Origin: a virus
Taxonomy: Duplodnaviria > Heunggongvirae > Uroviricota > Caudoviricetes
IMG/VR virus record: IMGVR_UViG_3300035210_000151
Reading direction: 5' to 3' (one strand)
Length of the DNA: 64,000 nt
The translations under genes and the position numbers were made by a program. The notes beneath the pieces were generated by a model. The model worked only from the letters and a program-made list of their open reading frames with translations. It did no database searches and was not told the DNA's origin. The number at the start of each line of letters is the position of its first letter. The first letter of the stretch is position 1. Below are positions 50,724 to 58,935 of the stretch, piece by piece.

Positions 50724-52166
50724 ATGATTAAGCGAAAAAGTAAAAGTATCGAAACTGAACATAAAATAAACCTTCATCGTCATTTCACAATGAGTGAATA
50801 CCTTGCCCTACACAATACTGAGGATTACAACATTGTTGACTGCAATAGTCTTGAAGTTAACAGAGAATCTTTAGTCAGTTTTATTGACGATTACTTATTA
50901 AAAAAATATACTCAAGTCATTGATAATAAATTAGCCATAGCTTATGGTGTGGATAAAAAATATTCTTATTTTGATTTGTTTGAATATGTTCTTAATGTCA
51001 ATAAGCTTGTCCATCATTCAAAGATTTATTTCATTAAAGAACTAGGTTTTAGAGAGCTTTATTATGCTTTAAAGAACTTTAATGAAGTCTCTACTTACAA
51101 AGAGGGGATGTTTTTTGAATTGGGCTACAAAATTCATAAAGGTTTGATTAAATATAATGAAGTTTACAAAAACATTCAAGAGATTGTTATTCAAGAAGCT
51201 CAGTTAAGACGGGACAATAAAGTATTGCTTTCCACAATGACCATTCCAGACATGAATGAAGCAGAGATTGAGGCTGTGTCTAATCGTTCGCTACCGATTG
51301 TCCTCCCTGATTTAAATAATACCTATAACGACCATTTAAACTATCTTAATGATGACACAAAGAAAAAGTCTCTTCAATCATCAAAGATTCTTCATGCTAA
51401 TTCAAAATTGAAGTCTACTATTCTTGGATATAAAGAGAAAAAAGGCTTCTTTGGCAACGACACCAGCTATCTGGTTGAGAAGGCTCCCTTCACTGGTTTT
51501 ATGTATGGCAGTCATTATCATAGTAGCGGATACTTTCAAAACTTTATGTATCAATCCATTTTTAACAAAAAAGGATTTATCTATTTTAATTTTGGATCAA
51601 CTGGTATGGAAACCTATATTAATCATTATGCGTATACCTTTAACGTCATAGATGAAGTTGTTTATGTGTATCATGGCACCCAAGAATTTTATGACCTTGA
51701 TTTAAATGCAATGATTAGAAATAATAAAATCGTGGTTATTCAATTTCCTAATACTGAGCGTGTTTCTGATAAACTTGTCTTGGAAGGTTACAAGGATTTC
51801 GACAATTTAATTTCAAGCATTACTATTGATAGTTCTTCTGATTATCCTTATTCTATCTTTCTAGGATTCCCAGACAGATATCCTAAAAACTTTTATGATA
51901 GTTTAGATAAATTATCAGATCTAAAAAATCTTGGTTATAGCAGCCTTGTCGTTATAAATCATGTTGATAACGATCCTTTATTAGTGGCTTCTTTTGATTA
52001 TATATTCCTATTGAGAGTTAACGAACCCTCTAAGTTCTTAATGGCTTTATTAAATGGGCAGAAATTTAGCGTAAGGGATGTTGTTAGCATGGAAGATGAC
52101 CATTTTTATTTTTATGCTAATGGCACAACAGATGGTCAATATTATACAGGGCTTCGTTTTCTTTAA
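50724..52166 (+). CDS. Degenerate DotL/IcmO (TrbC)-like type IV coupling-protein homolog with unrelated N-terminal half
   Basis: C-terminal half shows collinear IcmO-like blocks: YQSIFNKKGFIYF, DLDLNAMIRNNKIVVIQFPNTER, YPYSIFL, LKNLGYS, ASFDYIFLLRVNEP, VRDVVSMEDDHFYFY. Walker A and B are not intact. Confidence 0.6.
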   Translation: MIKRKSKSIETEHKINLHRHFTMSEYLALHNTEDYNIVDCNSLEVNRESLVSFIDDYLLKKYTQVIDNKLAIAYGVDKKYSYFDLFEYVLNVNKLVHHSKIYFIKELGFRELYYALKNFNEVSTYKEGMFFELGYKIHKGLIKYNEVYKNIQEIVIQEAQLRRDNKVLLSTMTIPDMNEAEIEAVSNRSLPIVLPDLNNTYNDHLNYLNDDTKKKSLQSSKILHANSKLKSTILGYKEKKGFFGNDTSYLVEKAPFTGFMYGSHYHSSGYFQNFMYQSIFNKKGFIYFNFGSTGMETYINHYAYTFNVIDEVVYVYHGTQEFYDLDLNAMIRNNKIVVIQFPNTERVSDKLVLEGYKDFDNLISSITIDSSSDYPYSIFLGFPDRYPKNFYDSLDKLSDLKNLGYSSLVVINHVDNDPLLVASFDYIFLLRVNEPSKFLMALLNGQKFSVRDVVSMEDDHFYFYANGTTDGQYYTGLRFL

Positions 52167-52226
52167 AATGGGTTTACATTCTAATGGCATTTTAGTATAC
52201 TAGGTTATTCACTAGGAGAAATTAAT

Positions 52227-52523
52227 TTGAAAACTAAAAAGAATCTGTTCGCAGCAGTTGTTATTGGCATGGCGTTGATGGTTCCTGTTGTGGCACAGGC
52301 TGATATTGCTACCACCTTGGCTATTCACGCTGCAAAATCATATGCAGAAAAAGCTATTCAAGATCCTGTTATGCAGTCACAAATTATTGAAAAAATTAAA
52401 AATGATCCGGGTCTGAAAGATCGCCTTGTTGCGGGAATTAAGAATGTTATTGCTGATCCTAAATATGCCGCACACCGAGAAAAAGCGATTGCATTTCTTT
52501 CTAATGTTCAGCAAACAAAATAA
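52227..52523 (+). CDS. Small secreted protein
   Basis: AGGAGA RBS, TTG start; signal peptide ending VVAQA. Confidence 0.8.
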   Translation: MKTKKNLFAAVVIGMALMVPVVAQADIATTLAIHAAKSYAEKAIQDPVMQSQIIEKIKNDPGLKDRLVAGIKNVIADPKYAAHREKAIAFLSNVQQTK

Positions 52524-52570
52524 TTCAGTAAATTAATAGGAAGCTTATTCAATCAAGCTTCCTAATTTTT

Positions 52571-52837
52571 TTAATGTTTTAATAATGCACATTTAGTATT
52601 TTTAGATAATACCAAATTAGAAATATCGACCACTTTTGATCCCACTTCTCGCCAGTTATTTTCAACTGCTATTTTTCTGACAGTGGTTTCAAATTGTGAT
52701 AATTCATCTTTATTGAGCATCATTTCAATTTCATTGGTGTCATTGATGTAATACAATGTGCCATCATGTTCATAAGTCCTAAAACTTAACTTATCATCTT
52801 TGTCTACGAATAATCGTAAGGAAACATACTTATTCAT
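52571..52837 (-). CDS. Hypothetical protein
   Basis: 88 aa, AGGAGGT RBS; hairpin at 52538-52563. Confidence 0.8.
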   Translation of the reverse strand: MNKYVSLRLFVDKDDKLSFRTYEHDGTLYYINDTNEIEMMLNKDELSQFETTVRKIAVENNWREVGSKVVDISNLVLSKNTKCALLKH

Positions 52838-52997
52838 AGCTACCTCCTAATAGTTTTTATTAATAATATCATAAAAAATAGAAAAATATATAGTGGCATT
52901 CTATCTTCTGGCTGAGTGGTATATTCTTCAAAACTTTAACCTTGTATATTTTTGTGTTTTTTGCTATACTGCTTGTCTAATTTAAAAGGTATCTATT

Positions 52998-53735
52998 ATG
53001 TCTAATTTTCTTAAAATTTTTGTTCGCAATGACCTGAAAATGCGAAAAGGTAAGATGGCCGCTCAATCCGGTCACGCTGCCATGAAGCTTTTCTTTGAGG
53101 CTATGAAAAAAAGCCACACCCGTATGACATTGCTAGCAAAACAAAAAGCCGAATTCTTGGAGTTCTTCAGTAACCCAGTGGTTGAAATTGTTATGGTTAA
53201 AGACGAAGATGAACTTCATGCTATTTTAGCTCCACTGGCTCCTGTGTCTGTCATCGTAGATAATGGTCGCACTGAGTTTCATGGTGTTGCAACCACTACC
53301 TGTGCTGCACATGGTATTTTCACACCTTGTGATTTGACCGTGATGAATGTACCTCAGACTTACGGTACCGAAATTAAGTCCAAGCAAATCTTTGTATTCA
53401 ACAAAGACAAACCACTCAGTAAAGAGAAGGCTTGTCAGCAAGCCGTGATTTCTTGCTTGAAGTTGCTGTATAATCAAATGTTGGATGATGAAGATGGTAA
53501 TAAGTATTTTGACATCACTCAGAAGAATGCATTAACTGACTGGATTATGAATGCTTTTGCTAAAATTGCATTGTCTACCAAGACGATGGATGAATTAGAT
53601 GAAGTTGAGCGTCAATTGAAGGCGTCTGGTTTTGTGGTCGAACGCATTGTTGATGATGGTAACGATTGTTTATGTGTGTCGCCACAATACCCTGATGACA
53701 TTGACCCTATTACACGTCACCTGTCGTTGATTTGA
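52998..53735 (+). CDS. pth2: Peptidyl-tRNA hydrolase type 2 (Pth2) with a tandem degenerate second Pth2 domain
   Basis: VRNDLKMRKGKMAAQSGHAA, IVDNGRTEFHG..T.TC; second domain KQIFVFNKD..LSKEK..QQ...W....AKI...IVDDG...P.....IDPITRHLSLI. Confidence 0.85.
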   Translation: MSNFLKIFVRNDLKMRKGKMAAQSGHAAMKLFFEAMKKSHTRMTLLAKQKAEFLEFFSNPVVEIVMVKDEDELHAILAPLAPVSVIVDNGRTEFHGVATTTCAAHGIFTPCDLTVMNVPQTYGTEIKSKQIFVFNKDKPLSKEKACQQAVISCLKLLYNQMLDDEDGNKYFDITQKNALTDWIMNAFAKIALSTKTMDELDEVERQLKASGFVVERIVDDGNDCLCVSPQYPDDIDPITRHLSLI

Positions 53736-53799
53736 ATTGAAATACGAGCATTATAATGGTATAATGCTCACCTAATTTAGTCTTTTAAGGACATTCTTC

Positions 53800-55323
53800 A
53801 TGAAATCTTTTAATGCCGGTTTGGAAGCAGATACAGTTGTAAAAATCTTTGAAAAAATCATTGTGGGTATGTCAAAACCAGATTTTGACGAAGGCACTGG
53901 TATCGCTCAACGTGCTGGGCTTACAAATTTTGATTATAAAGATCGTAGTTTCTCTAAGGATCTATCTTTTGATTCTATTTATGGTCATGTAAAGATTGAA
54001 ATTAGAATGTTTCAGGTCAAAGTCGAACTTAAACCAAGCCTTATTGAAGAAAAACTTGACATTGAAGGTCGAGCGGCTTTTTCTTGTGCGGTTTCTGACG
54101 ATTTCAATGATGTTGATTATAATAATGTTTTGGCAGTTCTTAATAAAATGGGTAAAGAAGACCCTATTACTTTTAAGATTAATGGCATGATTGGTGGGGA
54201 CACTTATCGCACCGTTATCAATGCTTGGGATGATTCCTTTACCACTAGCCATCGTGAGCTGACTGATTTGTTGGTCAATATCATTGGTAAACAGTTAGGT
54301 TTCATTACTTCCACAGAGGCTAATATTTTGAATGATGCGTATTGCCTTGGTAACGAGCCTCTCCATCGTGAGCACTACACTCAGCTTCTCATTCCACACT
54401 TTGAAACATTGTTTACTGCTTTGAAAGACAATGGACATGATGCTGAAAACGAATTTGATTTTAACGACATGGACAATTTCCTTCATTACATTGAGAGTGA
54501 AGATGAGACGGTTCGTGGCGTAGTTTTACAAACTCAGAATAATATGTTCTTGTTTGCTAAAAACACAGATACAGGTGTTTTGAAAATTTGGAATACCATT
54601 TTACTGCGTGAGTATAATGAAAGTGATGTATTTGATAAAGTCGAAGACGGTGTATTTGATGGAGCAGCATATCTTTCACCTATGTTGTTCTCTATGTTTG
54701 GTGAACGCTATGAATACCCTTGTGAACTTGAAGGCTCTGCATATCGTAAACTGCCCAGCACACTGATTGAATCGTTTGACGAGTATAATGCTCATTTGAT
54801 TTATAGTTCTGACGAAGGTTTCTATCCATTGCAAGGTCATAAAGCTCAGCGGGCGTTTGATGAAATTGATTGGGCTAGCGAAGTATTGGGTGATGAATAT
54901 GCGATTGAACCCGCAATTATTAATCAGAGTGCCATTGATTATAAGTCTCCAACCTATGTCATTCGCAAACTGACATCAGATTCATTTACCACAGATCGTG
55001 TAGCTGCGTTGATTAGGTTATTCACTGTGATGAGTGGTGATTATCATTGGGACGGAGAAGGTTTTGTTGATGGCTCTAACTACATTGTTAATCTTGACGA
55101 AAACGAATATGAAAATAAGTTAGTAAAAATCAACCGGGAATGTTTCTTGTTTGGTAAATCTTGCATTATCTTTAACCTGCCACAAAATATTACTCCCGAA
55201 TGGCTTGAAGTGGCTCGTGAGTTTGTAGGTCATTACAAAGAATGGGTCGATAATCATGATGACAAAACTTCTGCTGAATATTTAGAAGCAAAAGGTCGAT
55301 TGGATGAGCTTGTTACTATTTAA
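53800..55323 (+). CDS. Large acidic hypothetical protein (paralog of 37584..39212)
   Basis: Shares the motif blocks listed for 37584..39212; AAGGA RBS, TGGTATAAT -10. Confidence 0.88.
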   Translation: MKSFNAGLEADTVVKIFEKIIVGMSKPDFDEGTGIAQRAGLTNFDYKDRSFSKDLSFDSIYGHVKIEIRMFQVKVELKPSLIEEKLDIEGRAAFSCAVSDDFNDVDYNNVLAVLNKMGKEDPITFKINGMIGGDTYRTVINAWDDSFTTSHRELTDLLVNIIGKQLGFITSTEANILNDAYCLGNEPLHREHYTQLLIPHFETLFTALKDNGHDAENEFDFNDMDNFLHYIESEDETVRGVVLQTQNNMFLFAKNTDTGVLKIWNTILLREYNESDVFDKVEDGVFDGAAYLSPMLFSMFGERYEYPCELEGSAYRKLPSTLIESFDEYNAHLIYSSDEGFYPLQGHKAQRAFDEIDWASEVLGDEYAIEPAIINQSAIDYKSPTYVIRKLTSDSFTTDRVAALIRLFTVMSGDYHWDGEGFVDGSNYIVNLDENEYENKLVKINRECFLFGKSCIIFNLPQNITPEWLEVAREFVGHYKEWVDNHDDKTSAEYLEAKGRLDELVTI

Positions 55324-55363
55324 ATAAGGCCGGAAAGGGCTTTGTTTTACTTATGAGGTTATT

Positions 55364-56152
55364 ATGGATATTTCAGAAAAAACAGCCGCTACAATTAATG
55401 ATATTTTCAACAATACTAATGATCCTTTGAATCTAGAATGTCTTAAAGATCCTCTTGTATATCGACAACCTGCACTTAAAGGTGAATATCCTAATTTAAT
55501 TACACATGAGATCCATCACTGCCAGTCATCTTTTGATAACTTGCTACATCTGGCAAGTGAGCGTTTTTATAATGTTAGAGACAGAAACTTTTTAAGTAGT
55601 GATATTTGTTACTTTTTAAACATGTATTTTCAATATGACTATAAACCATTTTTGTTTGTTAAAAATTTTGGATTCTATAAAATAGTGGTTGTTGTCAAAC
55701 CTTTACAGCGAATTGAATCTGATCTTGTTAAAACAGAATATTGTATAGTTGCTAAGCTTCTACTTGATGCAGATAATCAACTGGTTAAACATGCTGATAA
55801 ACCCGTTATTCTTTTATTTGAAGAAAATTGTCAACTCTTTAAATTCTTTAAGTTTCACGAAAACTACTATACACAGATATCGTTAGATAGCTTTGATCAG
55901 TTATCAAATTATTCTGTTGTGTGTAAAAAATACGATCATAGCATTATCGGTAGATCTTATTACAATCATTATTCACTAGATTTCATCCCTGTTAATCGTT
56001 TCCAATTTCGAATAAAAGATAAAGACTATTCATTCGATGTTCTTTTGAACTATGATGATGATTTTAAAAATTACACACTAGAAGAACTCATTAAACACAT
56101 GGCAACACTGGATAAAGAGCACATTGACTTATTAGCGATGTATTTGATATAA
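55364..56152 (+). CDS. Hypothetical protein, family G, C-terminal tag (EHIDLLAMYLI)
   Basis: Paralog of 56180..56962 (YPNL.T..I..C...F.NL, FVK.F...KI.VV, AK.LLD..., Y.H.II); GAGGT RBS. Confidence 0.85.
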   Translation: MDISEKTAATINDIFNNTNDPLNLECLKDPLVYRQPALKGEYPNLITHEIHHCQSSFDNLLHLASERFYNVRDRNFLSSDICYFLNMYFQYDYKPFLFVKNFGFYKIVVVVKPLQRIESDLVKTEYCIVAKLLLDADNQLVKHADKPVILLFEENCQLFKFFKFHENYYTQISLDSFDQLSNYSVVCKKYDHSIIGRSYYNHYSLDFIPVNRFQFRIKDKDYSFDVLLNYDDDFKNYTLEELIKHMATLDKEHIDLLAMYLI

Positions 56153-56179
56153 TAGACTACTTTGTAAAGGTGATTGACC

Positions 56180-56962
56180 ATGAATACAGACGATATTACT
56201 AATCCAACTGCAATAGCTACTGAAGCTGTTGAGTTTGATATACAATATCCTAATTTGTTTACATATGATATTGCGAATTGCAAACAGACATTTCCTAATT
56301 TGTCATTACTGCTCGATCAAGGTTTTAAACCCGTCAAGTCGGTAAGTGATGAAATTATTGATCTTTTCAAACGGGATGAGCTTTTCTTAAATTTACAAGT
56401 CTCTCAAAATGTCTTTGTTAAAGAGTTCGATTATTTTAAAATCATGGTGGTTCTTTCTATTGCTCCATCAAGAGTTGAATTCCCAGACTTATTGCCAACC
56501 AATAATCATCCTTACTACATTCTTGCTAAGGTGCTTCTGGATAAACATGATAATCTTTTAAAAAAACTTGAATATGATCTACCTTCGATGACATTTTATC
56601 GTAAAGAAGGCGGTATATCATCAAATAGAAGCAATGTTATTCTAGACAGTTATTATACTTTCTTTGATACTCATTATGCAGTGACAGATATTGAAGAATT
56701 TGATCACTACAATTCTAAGTATTATTTTGTTTTCAGAGAATACAATCATAACATTATTGCGACCGCTGTTCACTGTGATTCAGCGATTGAACTCATTAGT
56801 TTGAAAAACAGCACATTTTACATGAATGGGATAGTGTACAATCCCGATATTTTGTTTGAAATTGAAGGCACCGTAAAAGGTAGCCATTTTAGAGATTATC
56901 TTGATTGTCGAATTTCGATGACACAAGATAAGCTTGATTTGTTAGCCATGACCATGATATAA
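56180..56962 (+). CDS. Hypothetical protein, family G, C-terminal tag (DKLDLLAMTMI)
   Basis: AAGGTG RBS; paralog of the upstream gene. Confidence 0.85.
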   Translation: MNTDDITNPTAIATEAVEFDIQYPNLFTYDIANCKQTFPNLSLLLDQGFKPVKSVSDEIIDLFKRDELFLNLQVSQNVFVKEFDYFKIMVVLSIAPSRVEFPDLLPTNNHPYYILAKVLLDKHDNLLKKLEYDLPSMTFYRKEGGISSNRSNVILDSYYTFFDTHYAVTDIEEFDHYNSKYYFVFREYNHNIIATAVHCDSAIELISLKNSTFYMNGIVYNPDILFEIEGTVKGSHFRDYLDCRISMTQDKLDLLAMTMI

Positions 56963-56984
56963 TCACAAAAATTTGGAGTCTAAA

Positions 56985-57635
56985 ATGAATATTAACGAAA
57001 TGTTTGATAAAGTTAAAGAGCGTGCCTATTCCATGTTTGGCTTAGAAAAAATCAGTATTGATCCTGCATTCTTCTCAAAATTTGATGACGAATTTAAAAA
57101 TAGTGAAGTTTTTAATTCTTTTATGACTCAGACTGGAAATTCATTTACCTATGTGACTGATCGTCTAACTGACCCCGTTATTCAGCCTATTGTTGAATCT
57201 TACTTTGTATTTTGTCGAGAAAAGTTTGAATCGCTTTCTATTGATGATCAAGTAGACTTGGCTGCAGAAACTTTTTTGAAGAATCTTAGTTATTATCGAG
57301 GTTCAAAGCTTCATGGTGTTCTTGATGGCGTTAGGAAAGAACTGTTCATGTCAGATATTGAAACATTGTTTGATGGCGACTATTATGCTGATGTCGTCTT
57401 TGCTATTGGCGGTCACTTTCAAAAAGCTGTCAACATGAAAGATATTAAATCAAATTTAAAGAAAGAAATCGCTAGACTTCGTGATGGTAAAAAAGTGGCC
57501 TATCTGATTCGTGAGCAACATTGTTTTAAATATATGACATGTGTTGATGCCATTTTTAAGGTTGCGGCACTTAAAAAAGAAATAAAAACGATTAAAATCA
57601 AACATGGAATTATAGAAATTAAAGAAGACCTTTGA
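56985..57635 (+). CDS. Hypothetical protein
   Basis: GGAG RBS before ATG 56985. Confidence 0.8.
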   Translation: MNINEMFDKVKERAYSMFGLEKISIDPAFFSKFDDEFKNSEVFNSFMTQTGNSFTYVTDRLTDPVIQPIVESYFVFCREKFESLSIDDQVDLAAETFLKNLSYYRGSKLHGVLDGVRKELFMSDIETLFDGDYYADVVFAIGGHFQKAVNMKDIKSNLKKEIARLRDGKKVAYLIREQHCFKYMTCVDAIFKVAALKKEIKTIKIKHGIIEIKEDL

Positions 57636-57705
57636 GAAATCAGAGGTTTTTCACTTTTAAAAACTAGAAAATATGCTATTATTTTAATATAACATTAGAG
57701 TAAAC

Positions 57706-58485
57706 ATGGATATTAAATCATTTTTAGAACATAAAATTTTAACAGATCTCGATTTTGTGAAGCAATCTATTGAAAATTATTCATCTCAAACCGTTTGGCA
57801 TGCTATTGATGAGAAACACATTACTCAAATTCTAGACAACATGTCATTACAACCTTTTACAGCACAACGTTACTGGGAGAATGGTCAGCGTTATAAAGAT
57901 GATCATCCAGAATATGAAAACAGTAAATGGATGTACGGTTGGAGCATGACCAGAAAGAAAGAATATGCAATGGGATGGAATTCTATTGTTGTTGAATTAG
58001 ACCTTGATAAGATTAAAGAACAATTTGAAGTTAAACCATTCGCTTGGAATTTCCTCTTTAAACACAAAACTGATAATCGTAAAGAACACGAAGAATTTGT
58101 TATTGCTCACTATGGTAAAGAAAGTATTCCAGAAATGAAACAAGCAGACCTTGATCGAGATGTTCTTATTGGTGAATTAGAAGACAAACTCTATTCGTTA
58201 ACTAATGATGATGAGAAAGCAAAGTTAAAAGCTGAAATAGATGAATTGTATGATGTTCCTACTTGGTATAAGCGTTGGGATACTTGTTATGGTAAGAATC
58301 TTGATTTAAAGAGTTGTTTGAAAGGTGTTTATATTTCACAAAGCTCTCTGGAAATATTTGGTGCTGATCATCCTGCTTTCAAACGTGTTATGGAAGATCC
58401 TTTGTATAAAGGTATATTTGTATCACCTAATGACAAAGCTAAGCAAAAAGAAGAACAGAAGAAAACTAAGACATTAAAACCATAA
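57706..58485 (+). CDS. Putative ADP-ribosyltransferase-fold protein with basic C-terminal tail
   Basis: VWHAI......IL....L, GWSMTR, VVELD, KEHEEFV match the H / S-x-T / E-x-E strand order of ART folds; ends KKTKTLKP. The ORF is secure, the function is inferred. Confidence 0.5.
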   Translation: MDIKSFLEHKILTDLDFVKQSIENYSSQTVWHAIDEKHITQILDNMSLQPFTAQRYWENGQRYKDDHPEYENSKWMYGWSMTRKKEYAMGWNSIVVELDLDKIKEQFEVKPFAWNFLFKHKTDNRKEHEEFVIAHYGKESIPEMKQADLDRDVLIGELEDKLYSLTNDDEKAKLKAEIDELYDVPTWYKRWDTCYGKNLDLKSCLKGVYISQSSLEIFGADHPAFKRVMEDPLYKGIFVSPNDKAKQKEEQKKTKTLKP

Positions 58486-58560
58486 GTCGCTTAGGCGGCT
58501 TTTTTGTTGACTTTACTTTTTTTGTTTTTGTGTTATTTTCTTATAAAAGAGGATATTATC

Positions 58561-58911
58561 ATGAGAATGCCATCATTACGCTTAAATGTTCCACAAGACA
58601 CTGTATTTCCAGAATCTCAACCATTGAGTGTATGGTTAGAACAAATCATGTATTTGACTAAGACTTATGGTGAAGACATGGTATTATATGTTGTCTCAGA
58701 AGAACCTGTCTTATTTAAACTCTCTACCCATGCTAATTTTTCTATGGATCTTGAACAAAAGAGCATTCCTGACGATGTTGAAATGACATTGAAGCAATGG
58801 AAAGAAGGTTTGAATAGACTCATTCACAAATATTCAGAAGATACGCTTCTATACCCTGTTTCAGAAGGGAAAACACTTGTGTTTTATATTTCCCCTATTA
58901 AACGAGATTAA
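58561..58911 (+). CDS. Hypothetical protein with two internal repeats
   Basis: LSVWLEQIMYLTKTYGEDMVLYVVSE / LKQWKEGLNRLIHKYSEDTLLYPVSE; GAGGA RBS. Confidence 0.8.
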   Translation: MRMPSLRLNVPQDTVFPESQPLSVWLEQIMYLTKTYGEDMVLYVVSEEPVLFKLSTHANFSMDLEQKSIPDDVEMTLKQWKEGLNRLIHKYSEDTLLYPVSEGKTLVFYISPIKRD

Positions 58912-58935
58912 TCGTATCAATAATTACTATGAGTA

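Noticed and set aside
2060-56962. C-terminal tag as a DNA-level repeat, recombination site or DGR target
   Set aside because: Nucleotide sequences under the tag vary at synonymous and non-synonymous positions, and no reverse transcriptase or template repeat is present in the window.
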